Below, piece after piece: positions 18,798 to 28,295 of a stretch of 64,000 nucleotides of DNA. Origin of the DNA: Pirellulales bacterium (lineage in GTDB: Bacteria; Planctomycetota; Planctomycetia; Pirellulales; UBA1268); assembly GCA_046092585.1 (NCBI GenBank), contig JBJTDZ010000133.1, forward strand, positions 11,727-75,726, written 5' to 3'. Position 1 is the first letter of the stretch, and each line of letters begins with the position of its first letter. A program made the translations under genes and the position numbers. Below the pieces are notes generated by a model. The model was given only the letters and a program-made list of their open reading frames with translations. It was not told where the DNA came from and searched no databases.

Positions 18798-20342
18798 TTG
18801 ACCGCCGCCACCGCAGCCCGCACCGCGGGCATCCTCCTGCATCCCACGTCGCTCCCCGGGCGATTCGGCATCGGCGAGATCGGCCCCGAGGCCCACCGCT
18901 GGCTCGAGCGGCTCGCCGGGATGTCACAGCGGCTCTGGCAGGTGCTGCCGCTCGGGCCCACGGGCTACGGCGACTCGCCCTACCAGACGCTCTCCACGTT
19001 CGCGGCGAATCCGCTGCTGATCTCGCTCGAAGCGGCCCGCGACGAGGGCCTCGTCGACGACGACCGGCTCGACGCCCTGCCGCGTTTTCCCGACGACCAT
19101 GCCGACTTCGGCAGCGTGATCGCCCCCCGGACGGCGATCCTGCACGAACTGGCCAGCGGCTTTCCGCGCCGGGCGTCACCAGACCTCCGCGAGCGGTTCG
19201 ACGCCTTCGTCGAGGCGCAGCGGGCCTGGCTCGACGACTACGCGCTCTTCGTGGCGCTCAAGGCCCACTTCGGCGGCGCGGCCTGGAACGACTGGCCGGC
19301 CGACGCGGCCCGCCGGGAGCCGAGCGTGCTGGCCGGGGCCAGACGCACCCTCGCCGAACCAATCGAGCATCACCGCGTGCTGCAGTTCCTCTTCCATGAG
19401 CAGTGGACGGCGGTCCGCCACCGGGCCGCCGAACTCGGCATCGCGATCATCGGCGACCTGCCGATCTTCGTGGCCCACGACAGCGCCGACGTCTGGTGCC
19501 GGCCGGAGTGCTTCGAGCTCGACGCGGCAGGGCGTCCCACGGTGGTCGCGGGCGTGCCTCCCGACTACTTCAGCCAGACGGGCCAGCGCTGGGGCAATCC
19601 GCTCTACCGATGGGACCGCCACGAGGAGGACGGCTACGCCTGGTGGATCGCGCGGCTGGACCACGCCTTCAGCCTCGTCGACATCCTGCGGATCGACCAC
19701 TTCCGCGGGTTCGCGGCCTACTGGGAGATCCCCGCGGAGCATCCCACGGCGCAGCACGGCCGCTGGGTGCCGGGGCCGGGCCGCCGGCTGTTCGCCGCCG
19801 CCTCCCGGGCACTCGGGCCGCGGCGGATCATCGCCGAGGATCTCGGCCTTATCACCGACGACGTGCATGCCCTCCGCGACGCGCTCGGCTTCCCCGGGAT
19901 GCGGGTGCTGCAGTTCGCGTTCGGCGACTCGCCGCAGGAGGAGACCTACCGGCCCGAGTCGTACCCGGCCAATGCCGTGGTCTACACCGGCACGCACGAC
20001 AACGACACGACGGTGGGCTGGTATCGCGGCGACGCCACGCCCTGGTCGACCCGCTCCCCCGACGAGGTCGCCCGCGAGCAGCACCGCGTGCGCACGGCAC
20101 TGGCCTGCGATGGCTCCACGATCCACTGGGACCTGATCTCGCTCGCCCTGCACTCGACCTGCGAGATGGCGATCTATCCGCTCCAGGACGTGCTCGGGCT
20201 CGGCAGCGAGGCCCGCATGAACGTGCCCGGCCGGGAGCAGGGAACCTGGTCGTGGCGCTTCCGCTGGGAGCAGCTCACGCCGGCGATCGAGCAACGGCTC
20301 GCCGACCTCACGCTCGCGTCCGGTCGGGCCGCTTCCGGCTGA
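18798..20342 (+). CDS. malQ: 4-alpha-glucanotransferase (amylomaltase, GH77)
   Basis: AGILLHPTSLPGRFGIGEIG, YSQTGQRWGNPLY, RIDHFRGF, IAEDLG, TGTHDNDT: the GH77 signature set. Apparent TTG start. Confidence 0.92.
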   Translation: MTAATAARTAGILLHPTSLPGRFGIGEIGPEAHRWLERLAGMSQRLWQVLPLGPTGYGDSPYQTLSTFAANPLLISLEAARDEGLVDDDRLDALPRFPDDHADFGSVIAPRTAILHELASGFPRRASPDLRERFDAFVEAQRAWLDDYALFVALKAHFGGAAWNDWPADAARREPSVLAGARRTLAEPIEHHRVLQFLFHEQWTAVRHRAAELGIAIIGDLPIFVAHDSADVWCRPECFELDAAGRPTVVAGVPPDYFSQTGQRWGNPLYRWDRHEEDGYAWWIARLDHAFSLVDILRIDHFRGFAAYWEIPAEHPTAQHGRWVPGPGRRLFAAASRALGPRRIIAEDLGLITDDVHALRDALGFPGMRVLQFAFGDSPQEETYRPESYPANAVVYTGTHDNDTTVGWYRGDATPWSTRSPDEVAREQHRVRTALACDGSTIHWDLISLALHSTCEMAIYPLQDVLGLGSEARMNVPGREQGTWSWRFRWEQLTPAIEQRLADLTLASGRAASG

Positions 20343-20367
20343 CGCCCCGCTGGCCGGCGGCCCGGGT

Positions 20368-21483
20368 TCAGCCGCTCTTCGAGATCGTCGCCAGCCGACC
20401 GCGGGGCTTGCCCGCGTAGCGGTCGACGATCGCCGCGGCGGATGCCGCGATGCGGTCGCGGACGTCGGCCGGTTCCAGCACCTCCACCATCTCGCCGAGC
20501 GCCAGGAGCTGCGGAATCATCTCGCCATCCCAGCAGCGGTCGATGTCGAGGATCACGCTGCCGTCCGGCTGTGGCTTCACCTTCTGCCGGGGATGAAACG
20601 GCTTCTCGATCGCCCAGCGGGCCCGCGGCACATCGACCCTCACCCGGTAACGCCGCGGTGGCTCCGGCGAACGGAAGATCGTGATGCTGTCGGCCAGCAG
20701 GTCGGCGACCGCCTCGGGACGGCGGGCAAATGTCCGCGAGGTGACCTTTGCATCGGCCACGCGGTCGAGCTTGAAGAACCGGATCGCGTCGTCGGCCGCC
20801 CGGGCGGCTCGCGTGCGGCCGCCCGCCCGTGCCGCGAAAGGCGCGCGGTAGGCGGCGATGTAGACGGCGCCGTCGTAGAGCACGAGCGCCTCCGGCCGGA
20901 TCGTCGACTTCTTCGGCCGGGCGTCGGCGAGGCTCGTGTAGCGAATTTCGAGCTCCTGCGCGTTGCAGATGGCGCGATGCACCGCGGTGAGCAGGCGGGA
21001 GCGATACCTGGCGCGGGCGGGCTGGGGATGCACCACCAGCCCCTCGCGGTGGTCGTTGACGTAGTCGAGCAGTTCCGGCGTGGCCACGCTCTCGAGCTTC
21101 TTGAGCACCTGCCCGATGCCGCGCCAGTAGACGGTGCCCGCCAGCGGCGTGAGGAACTCGCGGGCGACGGCCAGCGAGAGCAGTTCGGGAAGCGTGATCG
21201 ACGGCGGCGTGAGTTCCACGGCGCCCTTTCCGGGCGCGATCGCCCAGGCCTGCACGTTCACGCCCCGTGGCGACCGCTTCTTCGTCTCGGTGACGGCATA
21301 CCCGAAGCGGCCGAGGAACTCCACGTCGCGACGGATGCTCTTGTCCGAGATGTCGTCGATCACGCCCCGGTCCTGGAGCCGCTCCTTGAGTTCGGCGGTG
21401 GTGAGCGGATGCCGAGCGGAAAACAGGATGTCGATCAGGTGAAACACCCGCAGCATCTGCTCGTGGCGGCTCAGGGAATCCAT
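20368..21483 (-). CDS. WYL-domain transcriptional regulator (HTH-WYL-WCX architecture)
   Basis: N-terminal wHTH (RVFHLIDILFSARHPLTTAELKERL), central WYL-like segment (EALVLYDGAVYIAAY), C-terminal extension. Monocistronic. Confidence 0.75.
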   Translation of the reverse strand: MDSLSRHEQMLRVFHLIDILFSARHPLTTAELKERLQDRGVIDDISDKSIRRDVEFLGRFGYAVTETKKRSPRGVNVQAWAIAPGKGAVELTPPSITLPELLSLAVAREFLTPLAGTVYWRGIGQVLKKLESVATPELLDYVNDHREGLVVHPQPARARYRSRLLTAVHRAICNAQELEIRYTSLADARPKKSTIRPEALVLYDGAVYIAAYRAPFAARAGGRTRAARAADDAIRFFKLDRVADAKVTSRTFARRPEAVADLLADSITIFRSPEPPRRYRVRVDVPRARWAIEKPFHPRQKVKPQPDGSVILDIDRCWDGEMIPQLLALGEMVEVLEPADVRDRIAASAAAIVDRYAGKPRGRLATISKSG

Positions 21484-21671
21484 CGGCGGGGCTCCTGGTG
21501 TCGCGGCGATGTCGTCGCGTGTGGTGCGACGAGGATACCTCCCGACGAGCCGTTCGCAGGGGCTCGACCGTGGCCCGACCCCCCTGACGGTGTGGTTTCA
21601 CGGGACCAAGGGTGTCCGGCGACCGCCGATAGTCCCTGCAGTATCGACTCGTCGTCCCGGGAGTTTTCCCC

Positions 21672-22295
21672 ATGCAACGGCAACCCTCGCTCTTCCGCCT
21701 CCCTGCCACGCTGCTCCCCGCTGCCGGCGCGGATGGAGGCGGTGGCTACCGCCTGCTCGTCGTGGGCGCGGCGATCCTCTTTCGGCCGCAGGGCACGACG
21801 GGCCCGTGGCACGTGCGGGTGGCCACCGATCGGTCGCTCCTGCCGGCACTGCCGGCGACCCGCTGCGGGATTCGCTCGCGGGTGGCCGCGCTGCGGGCCG
21901 CCGGAGGCCGGCCGCGGGTGGCCGCCGCGATCCTCGAGCCGCGCGACCTACGCGCGGTGGCACCGCTGCTGCGGGCCACGCTCCGCCACCACGAGCCACT
22001 GCGCCGCCGGGAGTTTTACGGCTGGGCACTCATGTATCAGCTCCCCGAGGGCACCGGGCTCGGCCTCGTCGATCCGCACGACGACCATGCAGACCTGCCG
22101 GCCTTCTACGAGTCGCCACTCGAACTCGCCGACCGGCAGGAGTTTCTGCTCAGCCGCGGCGTGTCGACACGGGCGCTGGCGCTCGTGACACAGCGGCACG
22201 ACTTCGACCGGATCGACGGCGGATCACCCCGCAACCGCTTCTGCGCCGCCGCCCACTGGGACCGCACCTGCGGCCTGGCGGCGTTCGGCACCTGA
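21672..22295 (+). CDS. Hypothetical protein (divergent partner of the WYL regulator)
   Basis: 207-aa ORF with strong third-position G+C bias consistent with coding. No motif recognised. Confidence 0.45.
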   Translation: MQRQPSLFRLPATLLPAAGADGGGGYRLLVVGAAILFRPQGTTGPWHVRVATDRSLLPALPATRCGIRSRVAALRAAGGRPRVAAAILEPRDLRAVAPLLRATLRHHEPLRRREFYGWALMYQLPEGTGLGLVDPHDDHADLPAFYESPLELADRQEFLLSRGVSTRALALVTQRHDFDRIDGGSPRNRFCAAAHWDRTCGLAAFGT

Positions 22296-22318
22296 GGTGA
22301 CTATCGGGGCGATTTCAG

Positions 22319-22448
22319 GAAGCGTAACCGCGCAAGCGGTACAACCGCATGACGCCCAGCGTGGTCCCGCACGCTACGCGATTGGGCTTCCTGATGCCAC
22401 GCCCAGCGCTGCTCCCGGAAAGCGTAACCGCGCAAGCGGTACGACCGC
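22319..22448 (+). repeat. Interspersed repeat family 1, double copy (two GCAA-capped hairpins flanking a left module)
   Basis: GAAGCGTAACCGC-GCAA-GCGGTACAACCGC (22319-22348), CGCTACGCGATTGGGCTTCC (22372-22391), GAAAGCGTAACCGC-GCAA-GCGGTACGACCGC (22418-22448). Confidence 0.85.
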
Positions 22449-22465
22449 GTCACGTTCGGCGCTGG

Positions 22466-24265
22466 TTAGCCGCCGGCGAGGGCCTCGAGTTCGCCCTGCA
22501 GCGCGAGCCAGCGCTCCTCGGCGGCGGCGAGCTTCTCCGCCGCCGCGGTCACCGCCGCATGCAGCCGCACCGCCTCGCCGGCATCGGTCGCCTGCAGCAG
22601 CGCGGCGGAGGCCCGCTTCTTCTCGTCGTCGAGCCGGGCGATCGTCTTCTCGACGGTGGCGATCTCCTTCCGCACCTCGCGATCGGTGCGGGCCGCGGGC
22701 CCCGCGGCCGCGCCGCCGCGGGCTCGCGGGGGCGGCTCGCCGCGCCGGCCGCCACGGCGTCCGTCAGCCGCTTCGGCCTCGTCGATCTCGCGCGACACCG
22801 CCGCGAGGTACGTGGCGTAGTCGCCGAGCGTGTTGACGACACGGCCGTCCCTCACTTCGAGCACGGTCGTGGCCACGGCCTGCATGAACGAGCGGTCGTG
22901 GCTCGTGAAAATCACCGTACCCTGGTAGGCGACGAGCGCCCTGGCCAGGGCGTCGACCGTCTCCACGTCGAGATGGTTTCCCGGCTCGTCGAGCACCAGC
23001 ACGTTGAACGTCCCGAGCAGCAGGCCGGCCATGCAGAGCCGCGCCCGTTCGCCACCCGAGAGCACCTTCACCTTCTTCTCTACGCCTGAGCCCCGAAAGA
23101 GCATCGCCCCGGCCACGTCGAGGATCCGCTGCTGCTTCGTGCCGATCGCCGCGGCCCGTTCCAGGCAGTCGAGAACCGTCTGGTCTTCCCGCAGGCTGGT
23201 GTAAACGTGCTGTGCGTACACGCCGATCTCGCAGCCGTGCCCCCACCGTGCCTCGCCACCGAGCGGGGCAAGCGACCCGACGAGCGTCCGCAGCAACGTC
23301 GTCTTGCCCTGGCCGTTGTCGCCCACGATGGCCGCCCTCGTGCCGTGCTCGATCTCGAGATCGATGCCGGCGGCGACGGGATGCCCGCCATAGCCGATCG
23401 AGAGGTCGCGACAGCGGATGGCGGGGCCCCGGCGGGGCTGCACCACCGGGCACTGGATCGCGGCGGTGGGCGCGGCTGCGGCGATCTCCCCCACCTCCAG
23501 CCGCTCGAGCTGCTTCGCCTTCGACTTCGCCCGCGACGCGGTCGAGGCCCGGGCGCGATTGCGGGCGATGAAGTCTTCGAGCTGCCGGCGCTTGGCGAGC
23601 ACCGCGGCATTGGTCCGCTCGGCGTGGGCCACCTGTTCCCGCTGGTAGTCGAGAAAGGCATCGACCTTGCCAGGATACGTCGTCAGTGCGCCGCCGGTGA
23701 GGTCAAGCGTCTGGTCGCAGGTGGCGCCGAGAAACGCCCGGTCGTGCGAGACGATCAGGCAGGCCTCGCGGTACCCCCGGAGGAAGTGCTCGAGCAGGAT
23801 CTGGGTGCGGAGGTCGAGAAAGTTGGTGGGCTCGTCGAGAAGCAGGAGGTTGGGCTCGTGGAGGAGCAGGGCGGCGAGCTTCACGCGGGTCTGCCAGCCG
23901 CCCGAGAGCGCCGACACGGGGCCGGTGAGCGTCGGACCCTTGACCTCGAAGTCGCCCGCCACCTCGCCACACTTCCAGTCGGGCTGGCCGCTGTCGCGCA
24001 TCAGGAACTCGAGGGCCGACTCCCCGGGCAGGAAGGGATCGTGCTGCCGCAGGTAGCCGATCCGCAGCCGGGGATGGCGGACGATCTCCCCGGCATCGAG
24101 TTCCTCCTCGCCGAGGATCACCCGCAGGAGCGTGCTCTTGCCCGCCCCGTTGCGGCCGATGAATCCGACGCGGCCGTCGTCGGTGATCGTGGCCGACGCC
24201 TCGTCGAGCAGCACCTGATCGCCGTATCGCTTGCAGGCCTTCCTGATGTCGAGCAGCACGGCCAC
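22466..24265 (-). CDS. ABC-F family ATPase (two ABC domains, C-terminal coiled coil)
   Basis: GRNGAGKSTLLR / LSGGWQTRV and GDNGQGKTTLLR / LSGGERARL. Ala/Glu-rich C-terminal helix. Start set at a GTG preceded by GGAAGGTGG (a TTG at 24271 is also possible). The longer track ORF was rejected. Confidence 0.88.
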   Translation of the reverse strand: MAVLLDIRKACKRYGDQVLLDEASATITDDGRVGFIGRNGAGKSTLLRVILGEEELDAGEIVRHPRLRIGYLRQHDPFLPGESALEFLMRDSGQPDWKCGEVAGDFEVKGPTLTGPVSALSGGWQTRVKLAALLLHEPNLLLLDEPTNFLDLRTQILLEHFLRGYREACLIVSHDRAFLGATCDQTLDLTGGALTTYPGKVDAFLDYQREQVAHAERTNAAVLAKRRQLEDFIARNRARASTASRAKSKAKQLERLEVGEIAAAAPTAAIQCPVVQPRRGPAIRCRDLSIGYGGHPVAAGIDLEIEHGTRAAIVGDNGQGKTTLLRTLVGSLAPLGGEARWGHGCEIGVYAQHVYTSLREDQTVLDCLERAAAIGTKQQRILDVAGAMLFRGSGVEKKVKVLSGGERARLCMAGLLLGTFNVLVLDEPGNHLDVETVDALARALVAYQGTVIFTSHDRSFMQAVATTVLEVRDGRVVNTLGDYATYLAAVSREIDEAEAADGRRGGRRGEPPPRARGGAAAGPAARTDREVRKEIATVEKTIARLDDEKKRASAALLQATDAGEAVRLHAAVTAAAEKLAAAEERWLALQGELEALAGG

Positions 24266-24430
24266 CGGCAAACCACCTTCCGCGTCGAAACCGCCCTCGT
24301 GGCGGAGCCTCGCAGCGTAGCACGCGCCGGCTCGCCCCGGGGAGGTGGCAGCTGCAGATCGCGACGAAAATCGATTATCATTCGGGCTTGCAGGCCCGGA
24401 ATGGGGCCGAGTCCGCACGCCTTTCGGAGC

Positions 24431-25957
24431 ATGACCATGCCCGCCTCGACGCGTCGATCCTTCCTTGCTCGTTCGTCGCTGGCCGGCGCCGGCTACTTCG
24501 TCGCGGCCGGCACCCGCCGGGCCTGGAGTGCCTCGGCCAACGAGGAACTCTCGGTCGCCTGCATCGGCGTGGGGGGCAAGGGAGGCGGCGACGCCGACAA
24601 TGCCGCCCAGTTCGGCAGGGTGATCGCGATCTGCGACGTCGATCGCAACACGCTCGAGAGCAAGGGGAAGTCGGAGAAGTTCCAGGACGCCGAACGCTTC
24701 ACGGACTACCGGGAGTTGCTGGCGAAGCACGGCAAGAACATCGACATCTGCACGATCAGCACCCCCGACCACATGCACGCGCCGGCCACGCTGGAGGCGA
24801 TGCGGCTGGGCATCTCGTGCTACACGCAGAAGCCCCTCACCCGCACGATCTACGAGGCCCGGCTGCTGGCGAACGTCGCGAAGGAGACGGGCGTCTGCAC
24901 GCAGATGGGCAACCAGGGCACCGCGCTCGACTCCTCCCGCGAGGCCATCGCCCAGATCACGGCGGGCGTGCTCGGCCCCCTCAAGGAGGTTTACGCCTGG
25001 TCGAACCGGCCGATCTGGGCGCAGGGGCCGGGCCGGCGGATGAACATTCGCAAGTACCAGGCGCAGGCGATGAGGGAGGTCGACGAGCAGGAGGATGCCG
25101 CGACCACCGCCGAGGAGGTGGCCGACATGGTCGCCGATCTCGTCAAGAAGAAGCAGGCGGAGGTTGCCAGGGCGCTGGAGCGAGTCGACTGGAAGTCATG
25201 GCTCGGCGTCGCGCCGGCCCGTGAGTTCTGGCCCGGGCTCTACCACTCCTTTCAGCACCGCGGCTGGTGGGATTTCGGCACCGGGGCGCTGGGCGACATG
25301 GCGTGCCACCAGCTCACGGTGCCGTTCGCCGCCTGCGGCCTGCGCGATCCGGTGTCGGTGGTGGCCCGCACGACGGGCCACGACTTCGACAGTTTCCCGG
25401 CCAGTTCGATCATCCGCTTCGACTTTCCGGCGACGGCCGACCGGCCGGCCATTCCCTTCTGGTGGTACGACCGCAAGGGCAACAAGCCGCCGGCGGAGGT
25501 GTTCGCCACGTGGGGCATCGAGCAGGTCGCCGACAGCGGCGTGCTCGTGGTGGGAGAGAAGGGGGCCTTCTACAGCTCCGACGACTACTGCGGATGGTAC
25601 GAACTCAAGGGCGTGGAGAAGGTGCCGGTCGACTTCGAGAAGGCGGAGGACACGGGCAAGGGCAGCGACGTCAACCACATGTTCGAGCTCTTTCGTGCCA
25701 AGCGGGAGGGAAATCCGTCGATCGCGAAGTCGAACTTCATCGACCGCGCCGGGCCGCTCACCGAAACGATCCTCCTGGGCAACCTCGCCGTCTGGGCCGC
25801 CGCCAAGGGGGGCGCCAACGGCGAGATGGGCGACTGGGGCGAGACGGTGGAGTGGGACGCCGCGAAGTTGCAGGTGCCCAATCTCGCGTCGTTGAAGACG
25901 CCGAAGGTGGCCGACCTCATCAAGCCCGCCTACCAGCCCGGCTACCGGCTCGACTGA
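24431..25957 (+). CDS. Gfo/Idh/MocA-family oxidoreductase with twin-arginine signal
   Basis: MTMPASTRRSFLARSSLAGAGYFVAAG TAT signal, Rossmann ACIGVGGKGG, DICTISTPDHMH. Confidence 0.85.
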   Translation: MTMPASTRRSFLARSSLAGAGYFVAAGTRRAWSASANEELSVACIGVGGKGGGDADNAAQFGRVIAICDVDRNTLESKGKSEKFQDAERFTDYRELLAKHGKNIDICTISTPDHMHAPATLEAMRLGISCYTQKPLTRTIYEARLLANVAKETGVCTQMGNQGTALDSSREAIAQITAGVLGPLKEVYAWSNRPIWAQGPGRRMNIRKYQAQAMREVDEQEDAATTAEEVADMVADLVKKKQAEVARALERVDWKSWLGVAPAREFWPGLYHSFQHRGWWDFGTGALGDMACHQLTVPFAACGLRDPVSVVARTTGHDFDSFPASSIIRFDFPATADRPAIPFWWYDRKGNKPPAEVFATWGIEQVADSGVLVVGEKGAFYSSDDYCGWYELKGVEKVPVDFEKAEDTGKGSDVNHMFELFRAKREGNPSIAKSNFIDRAGPLTETILLGNLAVWAAAKGGANGEMGDWGETVEWDAAKLQVPNLASLKTPKVADLIKPAYQPGYRLD

Positions 25958-25961
25958 GACC

Positions 25962-27179
25962 ATGAGACGCGTTTCCATGCTGCGACGAATCCTGCTGGTC
26001 ATCGCGGTGGCGATCGCGTCGGCGGCACGGGCTGCCGACCCCGCCGACGTGGCGGCGGCCCGCGCGCGGATCGAGGCCCTCGGCGCGGGTGCAACCTGCG
26101 CGGTGGACGGCGCCGGCCGCGTGACCGAGATCGTGATCCCGGACGGCTCCGGGCTGACCGCCGACGACGTCGCGCTGTTCGCCCGGCTCGGCGAGCTCAC
26201 CACGCTGCAGATCCGCAACTTCCGCGATTTCGACGACGCGATGGTGGGGCAGCTCGCCGGCCTGACGAATCTCACGTCGCTGGCGATCACCAACAGCGGT
26301 CTCGGCGATGCCGGTGTCGAGACGATCGCGGCCTCGTTCCCGAAGCTCGTGGACCTCGACCTCTCGAGCAATACGAACCTGGGCAGCGCGGCAATGAAGG
26401 CGATCGCCACGCTGACGGGGCTCGAGCGGCTCACGCTCGTGCAGACGCGGTTCAACGACCTCACCACGCGGCGGCTCGGCAAGCTCACGGCGCTCGAGGC
26501 CGTCGACCTCCGCGGCAACATGGAGGCGGGCGACATGACGCTCGGCGTTCTCGGGAAGCTGCCGGCCCTGCGGGCGGTCAAGCACCGCAGTTCCGTCGTG
26601 ACCGACGACGGCATCGCCGCCCTTGCCGCAAACCCGGCGCTCGAGTCGCTCCTGGCGCAGGACTTCGCGATCACCAATGCCTCGGGCCAGCACCTGGCCA
26701 CCCTTCGGGGGATGACGTCGCTGGAGATCTTCCGCTGCCAGGGGTTCGGCACGGAGGGCGTGCTGGCCCTGGCCCCGCTCAAGAAGCTTTCCAGGCTCAC
26801 GCTTCGCGACCTGCCGGAGGTGCGCGACGGGGCGTTGGCGGTCGTGGCCGAACTGCCGGCCCTTAGGAGGCTCTATCTCCACGAACTGGCATCGGTGGGC
26901 GATGTGGGGCTCGCGCATCTGGCGAAGGCTCACGACCTCGAGGTGCTCGACATCTGGAGCCTCCCGCAGGTGACCGATGCCACGGCGGCCGTGATCGCGG
27001 GCCTGCCGAATCTCAAGGAGCTCTCGATCCGCGAGACGGGCATGTCGGAGGCGAGCCTCGATGCGCTCGCAAAGATTCCCAAACTCCGGTCGCTGACCTT
27101 CAAGAACGGCGCCGTCTCGGCCGAGCGGGCTGCCGCGCTCGCCGCGAAGAAGCTCAAGAAGCTCGACCTGGGCCGCTGA
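25962..27179 (+). CDS. Secreted leucine-rich-repeat protein
   Basis: Signal peptide (ILLVIAVAIASAARA) followed by about 12 repeats of roughly 24 aa with the L..L..L.L......D pattern. Confidence 0.8.
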   Translation: MRRVSMLRRILLVIAVAIASAARAADPADVAAARARIEALGAGATCAVDGAGRVTEIVIPDGSGLTADDVALFARLGELTTLQIRNFRDFDDAMVGQLAGLTNLTSLAITNSGLGDAGVETIAASFPKLVDLDLSSNTNLGSAAMKAIATLTGLERLTLVQTRFNDLTTRRLGKLTALEAVDLRGNMEAGDMTLGVLGKLPALRAVKHRSSVVTDDGIAALAANPALESLLAQDFAITNASGQHLATLRGMTSLEIFRCQGFGTEGVLALAPLKKLSRLTLRDLPEVRDGALAVVAELPALRRLYLHELASVGDVGLAHLAKAHDLEVLDIWSLPQVTDATAAVIAGLPNLKELSIRETGMSEASLDALAKIPKLRSLTFKNGAVSAERAAALAAKKLKKLDLGR

Positions 27180-27413
27180 TGCGTGGCCGGGGCAGGGGAG
27201 GGTGACGTGATGCGATGGCAGGTTGCGCCGGCCATGCCCGACGGCGCCTCGGCCCACCGCGATCTCCGCCGAAGGGAAACCGCGGCCGTTTCGCAGACGC
27301 GTCGCCGCAGGTAGAATCCGCACCCAGATGCGAGGCTTTTCGCCCGCCCCGACGTCGCTCCGATCCGAAACACGGTGGGGGCAACGGTCGGGATGGGCGA
27401 AAACGCGCTGTTT

Positions 27414-27495
27414 GGAGGGTAAGCGAATGGCTAGCGGCCACACTGGAAATGTGGTGCCGGGAAACCGGTTGCGGGTTCGACTCCCGTGCCCTCCG
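27414..27495 (+). tRNA. tRNA-Ser(GGA)-like gene with non-canonical D-arm (possibly a pseudo-tRNA)
   Basis: Acceptor GGAGGGT/GCCCTCC. Anticodon arm CCACA-CTGGAAA-TGTGG. Long variable arm GCCGG-GAAA-CCGGT. T-arm GCGGG-TTCGACT-CCCGT. Positions 8-9 are AA and the D-stem triplets GCG/GCG cannot pair. No encoded CCA. Confidence 0.55.
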
Positions 27496-27608
27496 CTCAG
27501 GTTTTGATCATTCGGGGCCCGGCTCGCGGGCCGTGGACGGGGTCTTGGCGGGGCGCCTGCCCGAGGGGACGATGACTCGCTTGGAGCGTCTCGTCGGACA
27601 GGGCATGG

Positions 27609-28295
27609 TCATGCTCCAGCAGCATGGTTCTCGAAGAACTTCTTGATCCGATCCACGACGGCGGGGTTGCGGAATCCGCCGTGCCCGCCGCCGTCGATTT
27701 TTAGGAGAATGCATTCCACGCCCACCGCCGCCAGCGCCTCGTCGAGCACCGCCAACTGACTGTACGGCACCACCGCGTCTTGCGTTCCATGGACGCACAT
27801 GAACGGTGGATGGTCCTTCGACACGTAGGTCATGGGCGATGCCGCACGTGACGCGTCACGTAGTTCCCCCGGAGGGCCGCCGAGCAGAGGGGCGGTCGTG
27901 GGCCTTCCCGATCCCGGTGAAATCGGTCGGGCCAAACTGGTCGACCACACACCTCACTCGGCTGCTCTGGTCGCAATGCTCGCCAAGCGAGCCCTCCAGG
28001 TCCGCGACGTCGCCACTCGTGCCGAGCATCGCGACGAGATGACCGCCGGCCGTTGTCCCCATCACGCCGATCCGATCAGGATCAAGGCCATAGGTAGCGG
28101 CATGCGCCCGCAGCCAGCGGATCGCACTGTTGCAATCTTGAATCTTGGCCGGCCAGGTCGCCTCGCCCGTGAGCCGGTAACCGATGGAGGCCGGCGCATA
28201 CTCGCCCGATTGCACGAATCCCGCGACCATCCTCGCGCCACCCCGCTTGTCGCCGTCTGCCATCCCCCTCCGTGAATGAACGCGATCACCGGCAA
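27609..28295 (-). pseudogene. Alpha/beta-hydrolase (esterase/lipase-like) pseudogene, two frameshifts
   Basis: LPVIAFIHGGGW (frame 1), then GDKRGG...YRLTGEATWPAKIQDCNSAIRWLRAHAATYGLDPDRIGVMGTTAGGHL...VVDQFGPTDF (frame 2), then SPMTYVSKDHPPFMCVHGTQDAVVP...GGGHGG (frame 3). The nucleophile elbow reads GTTAGG. Confidence 0.75.

Noticed and set aside
22349-23089. 246-aa plus-strand ORF starting in the repeat cluster (MTPSVVPHATRLGFLMPRPALLPESVTAQAV...)
   Set aside because: Its N-terminus is simply the translation of family-1 repeat DNA, and the rest is antisense to the ABC-F gene.
27290-27317. Sigma-70-like promoter TTCGCA-N16-TAGAAT about 95 nt upstream of the tRNA-like gene
   Set aside because: It is a single weak match by eye in a phylum whose promoter consensus I cannot assume. 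Not enough to call a feature.
27360-27500. tmRNA (ssrA), because of the GGTTCGACTCC T-arm-like sequence
   Set aside because: No tag-peptide ORF and no tmRNA 5' acceptor/pseudoknot context in the 320-nt intergenic space. The sequence folds as a class-II tRNA with a GGA anticodon.
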